64,000 nt of DNA, taken from Eledone cirrhosa. Taxonomy: Eukaryota. The stretch is from contig OZ024755.1 of assembly GCA_964016885.1 (NCBI GenBank), forward strand, positions 37,138,001 through 37,202,000. Reading direction: 5' to 3'. The notes under the pieces are model-generated. The model had not been told where the DNA came from. It made no database searches and saw nothing but the letters and a program-made list of their open reading frames with translations. This document shows, one piece after another, positions 13,643-27,094 of this stretch; position 1 is the stretch's first letter; each line of letters starts with the position of its first letter. The position numbers were made by a program, and so were the translations under genes.

Positions 13643-14966
13643 ATGTCTCTAAGCAGCATGTGGATGAAGGTACTTTTCTGTGGTATCCTAATTAACCTGT
13701 ATGTCGCCCAATACACAACATCGCTAGAAACACATTCTGAAGATGACAGCGAATCCGACAACAAACGAAGCATTATAGATGATGATTTCAAATCGATAGA
13801 TCCAAAATATTACCCTTCAGATCTAGATAAACGACAATATCAGAACGAAAATATAAAAAATGGCAGAAACACTCGCGTCATTACAGGTAGTATGGATCCC
13901 ATGATGTTCGGTAATCTGGGAAAACGCATGGATCCCAACATGTTCGGAACATTGGGAAAACGCATGGATCCGAACATGTTTGGAACACTGGGAAAACGTA
14001 TGGACCCCAACGTGTTTGGAACATTGGGAAAACGATCCGACACAGATGGTGAAGATGACGAAATCAGTAGCGATAGAAGAATGGATCCTTTAATGTTCGG
14101 ATCTCTTGGGAAACGGATGGATCCAATGATGGATGGAAACTTAGGGAAATGGATGGATCCAATGATGTATGGAAACTTAGGGAAACGTTATGATCCCATG
14201 CTATTCGGAAATTTAGGGAAAAAAATGGATCCCATGATGTATGGAGGTTTAGGTAAAAAAATGGATCCCATGATGTATGGAGGTTTAGGTAAAAAAATGG
14301 ATCCCATGATGTATGGAGGTTTAGGTAAAAAAATGGATCCCATGATGTATGGAGGTTTAGGTAAAAAAATGGATCCCATGATGTTTGGAGGTTTAGGTAA
14401 AAAAATGGATCCTTTGATGTTTGGAGGTCTTGGGAAAAAAGTAGATCCCATGATGTTTGGAGGTCTTGGGAAAAAAATGGATCCCATGATGTTTGGAGGA
14501 TTAGGGAAAAAAATGGATCCGTTGATGTTTGGAGGTCTTGGGAAAAAAATGGATCCCATGATGTTTGGAGGATTAGGGAAAAAAATGGATCCCATGATGT
14601 TTGGAGGATTAGGGAAAAAAATGGATCCGTTGATGTTTGGAGGTCTTGGGAAAAAAATGGATCCTATGATGTTTGGAGGTCTTGGGAAAAAAATGGACCC
14701 GTTGATGTTTGGAGGATTAGGGAAAAAAATGGACCCGTTGATGTTTGGAGGATTAGGGAAAAAGATGGACCCGTTGATGTTTGGAGGATTAGGGAAAAAA
14801 ATGGACCCGTTGATGTTTGGAGGATTAGGGAAAAAAATGGACCCGTTGATGTTTGGAGGTCTTGGAAAACGATTTGACCCTTACAAGTTTGGAAGAATAG
14901 GGAAACGTTTGGACTCTATGATGGTTGGGCACCTTGGAAAAAGAGATGTATCTGCAAACAAAGTAG
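13643..14966 (+). CDS. Buccalin / allatostatin-A-type neuropeptide precursor, main coding exon (the unspliced ORF runs to TAA at 14974)
   Basis: The ORF has a hydrophobic N-terminal signal peptide (MSLSSMWMKVLFCGILINLYVAQYTTS) and acidic spacers. It holds 28 peptide units such as MDPMMFGGL, MDPLMFGGL and MDPNMFGTL, each followed by G (amide donor) and, in all but one, KK or KR. The motif resembles molluscan buccalins (Aplysia buccalin A, GMDSLAFSGGL-amide) and the FGL-amide allatostatin-A family. A polypyrimidine tract and TTTCAG acceptor end at 13630, 12 nt before the ATG. A donor-like AG|GTAGGT lies at 14966/14967. Confidence 0.92.
14225..14872 (+). repeat. 36-bp coding tandem repeat (18 units of MDPxMF/YGGLGKK)
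   Basis: (14873-14225)/36 = 18 consecutive 12-codon units, with blocks of near-identical neighbours. Confidence 0.95.
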
Positions 14967-15296
14967 GTAGGTAAACATATATTTATATTTTCTATTCTTT
15001 TATTGTTGTCAGTCATTGAAATGCTGGCATGTTGAAACATGAAGATATTGTTTAAATGTCTTAGTAGGTTACATCGACCATAAGAACTGACTGCGATACA
15101 TTTAAATCTCTCTCTCTCTCCATATATATATATACACAAGTGTGTGTGTGCGTGTATGTCTGTGTGTCTGTGAAAGTGTATATGTGTTTGTTTGTTTGTG
15201 TGTGCATGTGTGTGTGTGTGTGTGTGTGTTTGTGTGTGTCTGAGTCTGTGTGTCTGTGTTTGAGTATATGTGAATACATGAGTGTGTAGGTGTGCG

Positions 15297-15377
<81 letters not shown>

Positions 15378-17277
15378 GTGTGTGTGTATGTCTGTGTCTG
15401 AATCTATATGTCTGTGTTTGTGTATATGTGAATGTATGAGTGTGTATGTGTGTATATGTATGTGTGCATGTGTGTGTGTTTGTGTTTGTGTGTGCAATTG
15501 TGCTTCGAGAATACTTCTATATTAAACACACACCTTGGTACATCAGACCTCTAATAAACCTGCTGTATATAATTACTTCTTAGAGTATATTATGTGTTAT
15601 ATAGAGGATGAAGAGTGAAAAACTGTCTTTATATAGCACTGCGTTTAATGGCTACACATGTTTCATTGTCACTTGTGGATTATTTTCGATTGACAAACAA
15701 TCTCCAATTGACGTTTGATGTTTTACTGAAGGGAGATAACTCAGGCTACATAAATCCCTGGATTACAGTCCTTCTCACTCTAAGCTTAAAATCGTAATGT
15801 TTTTCTCCAAATTTATCGTAGTTAGGCCTAGTTGTGATGCAGCTAAAATCAGAACTTCAGTACATGCTCTTAACACATCATTTACTTCATTTCTGTACAT
15901 GTTTCTCGAGTATTGACTATAGATCACATTTTTCTCGATGTATTGGGTCATCAAGTATGAAATTTGTAGAAATTTGTTCTTTTCCCACAAATTTCATACT
16001 TGAAGACCCAATACCTTCAATACTTCAATACGTTTCGAAATTAAGTTGTTTCTTAAAATGTTCACCTTTTATGACCCAATTTCAGTGCAGTTAGTTTCTA
16101 ATTTCTATTCCATTGTTTCTTAGATATTGAGAACATTTCCTTCACTTTTTCATGTTTGTTTTATTCTCATCGGCGGCAAATGACAGAATCGATAGAACGT
16201 TTAGCCAGCAAGAAAAGGAGAGGGAGAAAATTAACCGATACCATGATTTAAAGTGGGAGTTAAAAAGGATTTGGGACTGTCATGAGATTAAGGTCTTCCC
16301 GATTGTCATAGTAACACTAGGTACTATCTCAAAGAGTTTTCAAGGATGGTCAAAGAAGATTAGTCCTGTCCCGTTTTTTGAATCACTTCAAAAGGCATGC
16401 TTGTTGGGAACAGCAAGAACCCTCCGTTACGTCCTGAATATCTGAGGCTGCAGGTAGCGGCTTGATGTTCATTTGAACAAACTTTCCAGTTAAATAATAT
16501 CAATGACTGAGACTCAAAGAATAATAATAATAATAATTGTTTCTACATTTGGCACAAGGCCAGCAATTATCTCAGTGTATTACTGGTACTTTATTTAATC
16601 GACCCCGTAAGGATGAAAGGCAAAATTAACCTCGGCGGGATTTGAACTCAGACCATAAAGGGCCGTAACTCTTTGCTGCAAAGCATGGCGTCCGACTCTC
16701 TACTGATACTGCCAATCCACCGAGGTTAACTTTGCCTTTCATCTTTACTGAGTCGATAAAATAAAGTACCAGTCACACCCTGGGGTTGATTTAATCACCC
16801 CCCCCCAATTGCTGGCCTTGTACTTAAATCAGAAACCATTATTATCACTATCATCATTATTAATGTAAAGAGACAGTTCCCCTCATGGTTGAACTCTAAT
16901 CATGTTTACGTTTGACGAATGATTACATTATTCCAAGTTGATGTATACTTCGATAATATTTTGAAATTTTACTGAGATTAGATTATTCTTCAAACAGTTT
17001 ATTTCCCAATAGAGCTGAACTGTACATGTGATTTTAGAAATACCTTGTTTGATATTATAATATCCGCACTGAATAAATCTCATTTGGATTATAGTTAAAA
17101 AAAAAACGAAAGTCTTTCTCCTGTTTTAAACTGTTCTTTAATTCCATTGGTTGTTTACATAGAACATTTATATAGAAAAACTTATATATAGTTTACGTAG
17201 AAAACTCATATAGAAAAACATATATATATATATACGACAAGTAAGTATGTTTTGAAACAGTGAGCAGGTTTGAAATT

Positions 17278-17603
<326 letters not shown>

Positions 17604-17730
17604 ATATATATATATATATACTGTCCATTTATTTTTAAGACTCGAAACCGTACGGTAAAGGTAACCATAGCAAGTACAGTGAATTTTTAAAAAATTAATT
17701 TTTAAACTTTTTCTTATTTGCTAAACCTTG

Positions 17731-17779
<49 letters not shown>

Positions 17780-20700
17780 GGGGGGGGGGAAGAGTCCGAC
17801 GGGTGAGCTCCGGCCATTTCGACAGCTAGATCCGAACCGTTCGGGGTCGTGACTCTTTTCCGTCGTACCCACTCTACTACCCTAAGTATCGAATACTCTG
17901 GTCCGTTATGGTTCACCTGGTTTCTTACCACTCTTTCTTTGTTATATATATATAAATACGGCGATGAATTAGTTTTGCGAGGTTTTTGATATGAAATCGT
18001 GTGTCGAAACACGGTGGTAGAAAAGCCAGGAACCACCATAAAATCCTGAAGGTGGTACAAAAGCCAGGAACCACCATAAAATCCCTGAATATTAATTCTG
18101 GCAATATTACACGAATATGACCCTCCCCAAGTATATATAAATATATATAAATATACGGATTGTCTGTTGCAAACACAATTTTCGGGGCAAAACAGATTAA
18201 ATCTCTAATCTGTCCGAGAGATGAAATGGTTATTGATACGGTCTGTATAAAATCTATATCTTACTGTATGATTCAGATTTAATATATACGACATTTGTGG
18301 TATATCTACTCTCGTAATTTTAGACACAGAATTCTCTGTGTTTATTTCTACATATATTATTATATAATTGTTTCTACTTTTTGGCACAAGGCCAGAAATA
18401 ACCCAGTACATTACTGGTACTTTATTTTATCGACGCCGTGAGGATGAAAGGCAAAGTTAACCTCGACGGGATTTGAACTATGCTGGAAAGCATGGCGTCC
18501 GACCCTCTACCGATACTGCCAATTCACCGCCCTTATTATTATATAATAAAGTACCAGTAATACACTGGATATTTGTTGGCCTTGTGCCAAAAGTAGAAAC
18601 AATTATATAATGCTCAGTATTTATACTTTGAGCTTGTTAATTACAGGGTATCAATATGAGTTAATAACTGTGTATTTTATTTGTATAAATATACATATGC
18701 ATATTTATATCGACAGTCGATCGACTCTTGTCTAATCGTTACCGAGGAAACAATGTTTCCATTGGTCTTTCCAATTGCTAATACTATCTATCGGTCGCAA
18801 CTCCAGGTAGAAGGAGCAACGTGAAATAAAGTGTCTTGCTGAAGGACATAACACATCGACCGGTCTAGGAATCGAACTCAAAACCTCACGATTGCGAATC
18901 CAGTTTCTTACCACACAGCCACGCGTGGTATAAATATATAATTACCCATTTGATGTTGTTTAAATTCCAATGAGTCTTTTTTCTATGATGTAATCTAGCT
19001 TTCTCTGTATTGGTGTCATTGAAAATTAACAGAACAAACATACATACATACATGCATACATACATATATGATGATAATGATGATGGCTGCAAACTCGTGT
19101 TCGAACATTGCCTGATAAAATGCTCAAAAATGTGAGGCACCAATGTGGTTCTTTAAACAAGCCAAAGACTTGCACCCTCTGGCACATATATGGCAACTGT
19201 AGGCTCCCCCGGGACTTTCCATCATCAATTCCAAAGACCACGTTGTCATTAATTCGTACAATATCATGGTTCATCATTGAATATTTTTGCCTTTTTAAGT
19301 GAAGAAAAGCCTTGCACTTATCCCACTCTCTGAAGATGGAGAGCATGTACCGAAAAGAAGAACTGGTCAATATATATTGTGAAAATATATATTGTGATTT
19401 TGGAGGGCCATTGACTCTTAAGAGCTCCTTTGCCCTTTGACAGGTTTTGTTTTTAGTCCTGCAGGATGTCCAAAGTCACCTTCCTCACCAAGAAACCTTG
19501 GTGAGGGGGTTGCCAGTTTAGTCGCCAACGACCCGACCATGGGAACGGGTTGTACTGGGATACATGTTACCAGTAGCACCAACTGGTGACCTGACATAAA
19601 TACATACATACATACATACATACAAACATACATACATACATACATACTACCACCCTATGAGAAACGATGTGATATCTAGAACCATCTGGAGCGCACTTAG
19701 GGAAACAAAATTAAAAACAAACGAGGAAGAATATATTGAGATAGATGGCACTAAAGAATACTGGTGGAACCCGAAAATAAAAACTGCCACCAAATTAAAG
19801 AAACCGGCCTGATATTGTTGTTTGGGACCACACATTGAAAACGTGCTCTGTTGTAGTGATCAGCTGCTCACTTGATGTCAATGTTGTAAGAAAAATACAA
19901 GAGAAGGAGGACATCTATGCACCATTGATGAGAAGTTTGCAAATCCAGTATCTAAGATACACCTTCAATTTCATACCCATCATTATTGGAGCTACAGGTT
20001 ATATACCAACCCGCTTGGGCCAAAATATAACTGAACTTGGATTTGTGGATTAAGAACGCATCTCCCTAATTCATAGACTACAAATGGCTGCGATAGTTGG
20101 CACCTTTGCCAAATATTCTTGCGATTCACGGGATGCTAATTTCTTTTCTTTTACAATTTGCCACCAGGAAGGTGGCCGGTCAAAAATGTACTCGAAATTA
20201 AGAGAAAGAGAAATAACATACATACATAATGGAACAGTAAAAATATGTAAAACATTCCAAAAATTCTGCATCTAATAACTGCAAATATACAGATACAAAA
20301 CATATGCACGTGCACACATATAACTCAAAACATCTACATCTACACATACAATAACATCCATACCCCCACACACACGCATGCATGCAGACATGCATACATA
20401 TCTACCTAGAAGATGTTGTGTAGATTCGAATGAGAGAGTCTTGTATCTATGTTAGAAACTGACTCTCTCTCACTTAGGAATTTACACAGCATCAACTAGT
20501 CATACATGCATGCAGACAGGCATACATATCTACCTAGTTGATGTGTAAATTCCAATACATACATACAAACATAGATACATACGTACATACATGCATACAA
20601 ACATACATACGTAAGTATACACGTACAGTCTTTCGATCATCCTACAGTTTAAATTTTGATGCAATTCATCAGACTTAATTACTTTATTTCGTTTGAACAC

Positions 20701-21522
20701 TTATATTTGGTAAACTAGTTTTTACTGACAGAACTTGAAAGCATAGTTTTCATTTCATAATTTTTTGATCGATTTGTGTATGATGTTTTATAGAAAAACG
20801 AGAGCTGAGCGAATAGTTTACTTTGACATTTACGGTAATCCGTACCAGAACACAATTTCCTCTTTGCTGAGGTTTTTTTTAAAAGCGTAAGAATCGTTAC
20901 TGAAAATGCCTGGAGAAATTTCAAAAGAAATTCAATTTTATACTTGCTAGTACTGATTGCCTTGTGATCTAGTGCATTTTTATTAATGTGCAAACATATA
21001 TATAGAAACATACATACATTCATACATACACAGCCCCGACGGCTGAGCTCCGGCCGTTTCGACAGCTACATCCGAACTCGGATTATAATTATAGACAATT
21101 CCACGCTACAAAATACTTTTGCCTCCGCAATTTATAATCTCTTTAACCTGAATATGTACTACTGACATATTTTTTCGTTACTGTTTGAAAGCCATTCTTA
21201 AATTTCGAAGTAAGCGAAAATTCACTCCACCAAACGAAGAGTGAAATGTTTTCAGTCAAATAAAAAACTGTATAAACATGATGTTATTTACAGTAACAAC
21301 AACAACAACAACAACAATAATAATAATAATAATAATTGTTTCTACTTTAGGCACAAGGCCAGCAATTACCCAGTGCATTACTGGTACTTTATTTTATCGA
21401 CCCCGTAAGGATGAAAGGCAAAGTCAACCTCGGCGGGAGTTGAACTCAGATCGTAAAGGGACGTAACTATGCTGGAAAGCATGGCGTCCGACTCTCTACC
21501 GATACTGCCAATCCACCGCCCT

Positions 21523-21555
<33 letters not shown>

Positions 21556-21557
21556 TA

Positions 21558-22020
21558 GAAAACGATCAGGTGAAGGTGCTGTGGGATTTTAGGATACAGA
21601 CGGACAAGAAACTGGAACACAATAGACCTGACCTGGTGGTTTTGGACAAAGAAAAAAGATCGTGCCTGATTGTGGATGTGGCCTGCCCATTCGACACGAG
21701 AGTGCAAGAGAAGGAGAGGGAGAAAATTAACCGATACCAGGACTTAAAGTGGGAGGTAAAAAGGATTTGGAACTGCCATGAAGTCAAAGTGATCCCGATT
21801 GTCATAGGCGCACTAGGGACTATCTCAAAAAGTTTCCAGGGATGGTTAAAAAAAATTGGCCCCTTCACGCTTTTTGGAACGCTTCAAAAGGCATGCTTGC
21901 TGGGAACAGCAACAACCCTCCGATACGTCCTGAATATCTGAGGCTGCAGGTAGTGGCTTGATATTCATTTCAACAAACTTTCCAGTTAACTAACATCAAT
22001 GACTGAGACTCAAAGAGTAA
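21558..22020 (+). mobile_element. R4/Dong-like non-LTR retrotransposon 3' fragment (restriction-like endonuclease), flanked by (TAA)n
   Basis: KVLWDFRIQTDKKLEHNRPDLVVLDK...IVDVACPFD...KINRYQDLK...IPIVIGALG is a PD-(D/E)xK RLE domain. TAA arrays lie on both sides. Shorter copies at 16204-16535 and 24020-24370. Confidence 0.85.
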
Positions 22021-22439
22021 TAACAATAATAATAATAATAATAGTTTCATATATAGACACAAGGCCAGCAATTTCTTTTTTTTGGGGGGGGGGGGGGGTC
22101 GATTAAATCGACCCCATTGTATTACTGGTAGTTTATTTTATCGTAAGGTTGAAATAAAGTACCAGTAATACACTGATATAATTGTTAGCCTTGTACCAAA
22201 AGCGTACAATGGTGAATTGGCAGTATCTGTAGAGGGTCGGACGCCATGCTTTGACGCATAGAGTTACGGCCCTTGCCATTCTGAGTTCAAATCCCGCCAA
22301 GGTAAACTTTGCCTTTCATCCTTACGGGGTCGATAAAATAAAGTACCAGTAATGTACTGGGTAATTGCTGGCCTTGTGCCTAAAGTAGAAACAATTATTA
22401 TTATTGTTAATGTAAATAACATCATATTTATAGTTTTTA

Positions 22440-23646
22440 TCTATACTATAAAGCTGACGGCCGTATGTAGGTAACAAACTTTCCACCAAACGGCTGGACC
22501 AAACAGCACCAAATTTGCACCATTGATGTAACTTTTTCCAAGTAAAAAAGTGAGGCTATTTTTGTCTACTGAAATTTGTTAAAAGATTAAAGACATTATT
22601 TAAATATTCACTTCTTTAAAATTTCAAATGTCAACACTTCCGGTTATACGTCATTCCTCACTTTTTCTTATGACTTCGCACAACATTCCCCTATTTTTCT
22701 TAGTCTGTATGTCTGGCTGTCTGCATTAAATATCGTTTTTCGAAATATTTACTTCGGCGTTCACAGATTGATTTTTTAGTTTCATAAGATCCCGTTAAGG
22801 GTGAAAGCCTTTGCTTAAACTTTAATCTGTTATTTTAATATATATATATATATATAATTATATATTCGTGTACAGATATTTTTTGCATACACAAAAACAA
22901 AAACCTATTTATTTCACAGACGGCTTATCGTCATAGTTACTGTTCGAGGTTAGAAGACCACAGTCTTTCCAAGATCTGAGAACCATCAATGGCCATCAAT
23001 GTTCCACTTACCATTTGGCTTGCCAGATGCGTGGTATGTTTCACGATAACAGCCATTGGTACCCCACACTGCAAGGAGCAGCAACTGCTAAAGTCCCTTC
23101 TCAGCTGCGAAAACATTTTGCTATTATGCTGCACAACTGCGATCTTGCCGACCCTCTCGCACTGTGGAACAACCACCGCGAAAATCAAGCTGAGGACATC
23201 CTCCGCGAGACGAGCTACGAAATCAGTGATTCTCCCATGGTCAATTGTATGAAGGATGCTCTAGGGTGAGCTCGCCAAACAATCTCTTCATCTTTGCTCC
23301 GGAGGGCCGAACAAAAAACATTGTATACTCTGAGGCTCTAACAATGTAATTTAAATATTTTCTGTTACTTGGAATTTCCATTATAGTTGTACAAATTTTT
23401 ATCTGTTAAAAAATTTGTTCTGTGTTCAGCCTTTATTGTTGTAACTATCAATTTTCTTTAACGTACTGGCTGCTGAACTGGGGAATCCTAAAAACTATTC
23501 AAAGCCAACATCAGAGCACGTTACCCCCCCCCCCCTCGCAGACTTGAGAGGGCGTGCGGTATCTTTGCATTGGAGTGTAGGGGGGATTCCTGAAAAGATA
23601 AAATGCTGGTATACCTAGGCGGGGGCCAGCCGGACGGACCAACTAG
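22440..23646 (+). mobile_element. Non-autonomous Helitron with a RepHel remnant
   Basis: Starts A|TC (22439/22440) and ends CTAG|T (23643-23647) after a GC-rich subterminal segment. 22938-23205 encodes RPQSFQDLRTING...ACQMRGMFHDNSHW...PSQLRKHFAIML...DPLALW, a conserved Helitron RepHel segment. Confidence 0.78.
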
Positions 23647-23969
23647 TCATAAATAAATGTTCTATATTTTGAAAAAAAAAAAATTGTTTCTACTTTTGGC
23701 ATAAGTCCAGCAAAATACCCAGTACATTACTGGTACTTCAGTAATTGATGGCCTTGTGCCATAATAATAATAATAATTGTTTCTACTTTTGGCACAAGGC
23801 CAGCAATTACCCCAGTGTATTACTGGTACTTTATTTTATCGACCCCCGTAAGGATGAAAGGCAAAGTTGACCTCGGCGGGATTTGAACTCAGACCATCAA
23901 GGGGCGTAACTCTATGCTGCAAAGCATGGTGTCAGACCCTCTACCGATACTGCTAATCCATCGTCCTTC

Positions 23970-24019
<50 letters not shown>

Positions 24020-24021
<2 letters not shown>

Positions 24022-24162
24022 TTGGAACGCTTCAAAAGGCATGCTTGCTGGGAACAGCAAGAACCCTCCGATACGTCCTGAATATCTGAGGCTGCAGGTA
24101 GTGACTTGATATTCATTCCAACGGACTTTCCAGTTAACTAACATCAATGACTGAGATTCAAG

Positions 24163-24208
<46 letters not shown>

Positions 24209-24372
24209 TTGGAACGCTTCAAAAGGCATGCTTGCTGGGAACAGCAAGAACCCTCCGATACGTCCTGAATATCTGAGGCTGCAGGTAGTGACTTGATATT
24301 CATTCCAACGGACTTTCCAGTTAACTAACATCAATGACTGAGATTCAAGGAATAATAATAATAATAATAATA
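24020..24372 (+). mobile_element. Exact tandem duplication (188-bp period) of the Dong-like 3' end plus its (TAA)n tail
   Basis: tttggaacgcttcaaaaggc...ttcaaggaataataat occurs at 24020 and again at 24208. Confidence 0.85.
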
Positions 24373-24489
24373 ATTATTATTATTAGTATTTCTACTTTTG
24401 GCACAAGGCCAGCAAAATAATAATTGAGTTTTCTAAATTAATAATAATAGTAATAAAAGTAATAAAAGTAATAGTAATAATAGTAATAA

Positions 24490-25273
24490 AAGAGTTTTCT
24501 CCTTCAAAGTAATGCCCCTGGAGTCTAATGCACTTTTCCATCCTTTTTCGCCACGCTTGCATGCACTCCTGGAAGGATTCTTCCGGGATCCTCCGCAGTT
24601 CCGTCGTCACGGCCTTTTTGATGTCGTCCACGTCTTCAAAACGGGTCCCCTCCGGGTCGTACTCGAAGATCCATGACTCATCACCGGTGATGACTGTCCC
24701 TAGCAAGTCTGGTTCGGTTTCAAGACGCTTGAGGATGCCCTGGCATATTTGCATGCGTCGACCCTTCTGGTCATCGTTCAGCAGTTTTGGCACCATCTTT
24801 GCGCAGACTTTCCGCATGTCCAAATCTTCAGTGAGAATCTTCCAGACGCTGTCCCGATTCATGCCCAACTCATTTGCCATCAGTTGAACAGTCAGCCAAC
24901 GATCGCTACGCACCGTTCGCCTGACGCGCTCAACGTTCACCTCAGTCCTGGTTCTCCTTTAAACTTCTTGCACCAATCAAAAACACGTGAGTGTGATATC
25001 GTCTCATCTCCATATACTTGCTGCAGCAATCCCAGTGCTTCTGACGGTGTTTTCAAGTTTGTTCGTTGCGCTGTGCTCATTGCTTGACGAGCTGAAACAG
25101 AGGACATGTATATAAAATTATGAAGAAAAAGGTTTGATCGCTGCAGAGAGCTAAGATTACAGTTACATACTCCAGGGGGATTTCTTTGAAGGAGAAAACT
25201 CTTAGTGTGAAGTTTGGGTTTGAAATAAATCTTTTGTGACATCAAGCCTGGAACTTTTCTAACCTACCTCGTA
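24490..25273 (-). mobile_element. Internally deleted mariner transposon
   Basis: RKVCAKMVPKLL and VITGDESWIFEYDPE are fused directly to GTRFEDVDDIK...GHYFEG, so the second and third catalytic Asp are deleted. The left TIR reads TA-CGAGGTAGGTTAGAAAAGTTCC at about 25248-25273. Confidence 0.88.
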
Positions 25274-25355
25274 TGTATGTTCCATTAACATTTCCGATGT
25301 ACAGGCAAATATTTCAGGTAACACCATATAACAGATAAATAGAGGTAATAATAGT

Positions 25356-25530
25356 GAAGGCGTGTGGCTGAGTGGTTAGAGAACTGGATTCACAACGTTG
25401 AGGTTGTGAGTTCGATTCCTGGACCGGGCGATGCGTTATGCCCTTGAGCAAGACACTTTATTTCACGTTGCGACCGATAGATAGTATTAGCAACTGGAAA
25501 GACCAATGGAAACATTGTTTCCTCGGTCCG
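25356..25530 (+). mobile_element. Second tRNA-derived SINE family (also about 18735-18928 on -; fragments about 11112-11335 and 51825-51890)
   Basis: TGGCTGAGTGG A-box, GAGTTCGATTCC B-box, then cccttgagcaagacactttatttcacgttgc. Confidence 0.7.
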
Positions 25531-26116
25531 ATTTGACGAAAGTGGATCGATAGGTAATAACCTTTCGAAACACGAAACACAAAGACATATTTATATGTGA
25601 TTGTGTTTACACACACATATACATATATATATATATATGTATATAATGTATATATATATATACATACATATATACATATAATGAATATATATACATATAT
25701 ACATGTAATGTATATATGCATATAATGTATATATATACATATATGTATGTATATACATTATATGTATATATATATTTATATATACATATATGCATATGAT
25801 GTATATATATACATATATGTATGTATATGCATATATATATATATATATATTTATACATATATTTATATGTACACACACACATATATATATATATATGTAC
25901 ATATATACATATGTATATATATCTAAAGGAGAAAGTATAACCCCGAAGGCAGAGCTCAAGCCGTTTCGACGGCTATTTAGTCCAGAAATAGCCGTCGAAA
26001 CGGCTTGAGCTCTGCCGTCGGGGTCATACGTTCTCCTATTACCCACTCTACTACTCTAAGTATTGAGTACTCTGGTGCGTTATGGTCCATCTGGTTCCTT
26101 ACCACAACTCCTTCGT

Positions 26117-26155
<39 letters not shown>

Positions 26156-26731
26156 GTGAGAAAAACCACAGACCCTCCATCTCAACTCTACTTTTAAAAA
26201 GCAGAAGAACTGCGAAACCGGTAAAGGAACCAAATAAATATATATATTTAAAAAAAAAATAAGACTCCAGTTGCATTTTCGATTTCATCTTTTTTTCTTT
26301 ATATATATATATATATATATGCTCCTTTAGGAGCCCCTACATGGACACACTGGAAGGGGAAGACCAAGGTTAACGTATGTTGATGCCCTAAAGACAGACA
26401 CTGGTCTGTTGGAGAAGCAGGACATGGCAGCGATAATGAGGGACAGAGACCGCTGGAGAGAACTCGTCCATGGATCTCGGGAATTTTACGCGCCCTAGAT
26501 ATATATACAACGAAGGAAATGTGGTAAGGAACCAGATGGACCATAACGCACCAAAGTACTCAATACTTAGAGTAGTAGAGTGGGTAATAGGAACGAGTAA
26601 GACCCCGACGGCTGAGCTCAAGCCGTTTCGACGGCTATTTCTGGACTAGAATTAGCCGTCGAAACGGCTTGAGCTCAACCGTCGGGGTCCTACTCGTTCC
26701 TATATATATATATATATATTAGAGAGAGAGT

Positions 26732-26774
<43 letters not shown>

Positions 26775-27094
26775 ATCCTCATCAATGTTAAAACAACTAT
26801 AATCTAGGCAGTTGTAAACATCACCTCCACAGTGTTTCTCCCGTTTACAGAAAAAAAAACCAGGCCAACATTGAATATGATGCTTTACCAAAAATGTCCT
26901 TTTAACTCTGCTGTATGTTCCGATAACAATTACTATTGATCAGTGTTTGATCACAGCTTGACAACATGTTTAGATAGATTTCTGATATCTATAATGGCAA
27001 CTTTGTCAATCTTTCCCTTCCATAATAGCTTTTTGCAATGACTGCTTTCTCAAGGGATGTGTACAAGTTATGGAAACCCGTTGTTATCATAAAT

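Noticed and set aside
13840-14595. Antisense ORFs over the neuropeptide repeat
   Set aside because: Shadow frames of the 36-bp coding repeat.
13400-14872. CRISPR-like appearance of the 21-bp and 36-bp periodic repeats
   Set aside because: They are tandem repeats without unique spacers, with no cas genes, in a eukaryotic context.
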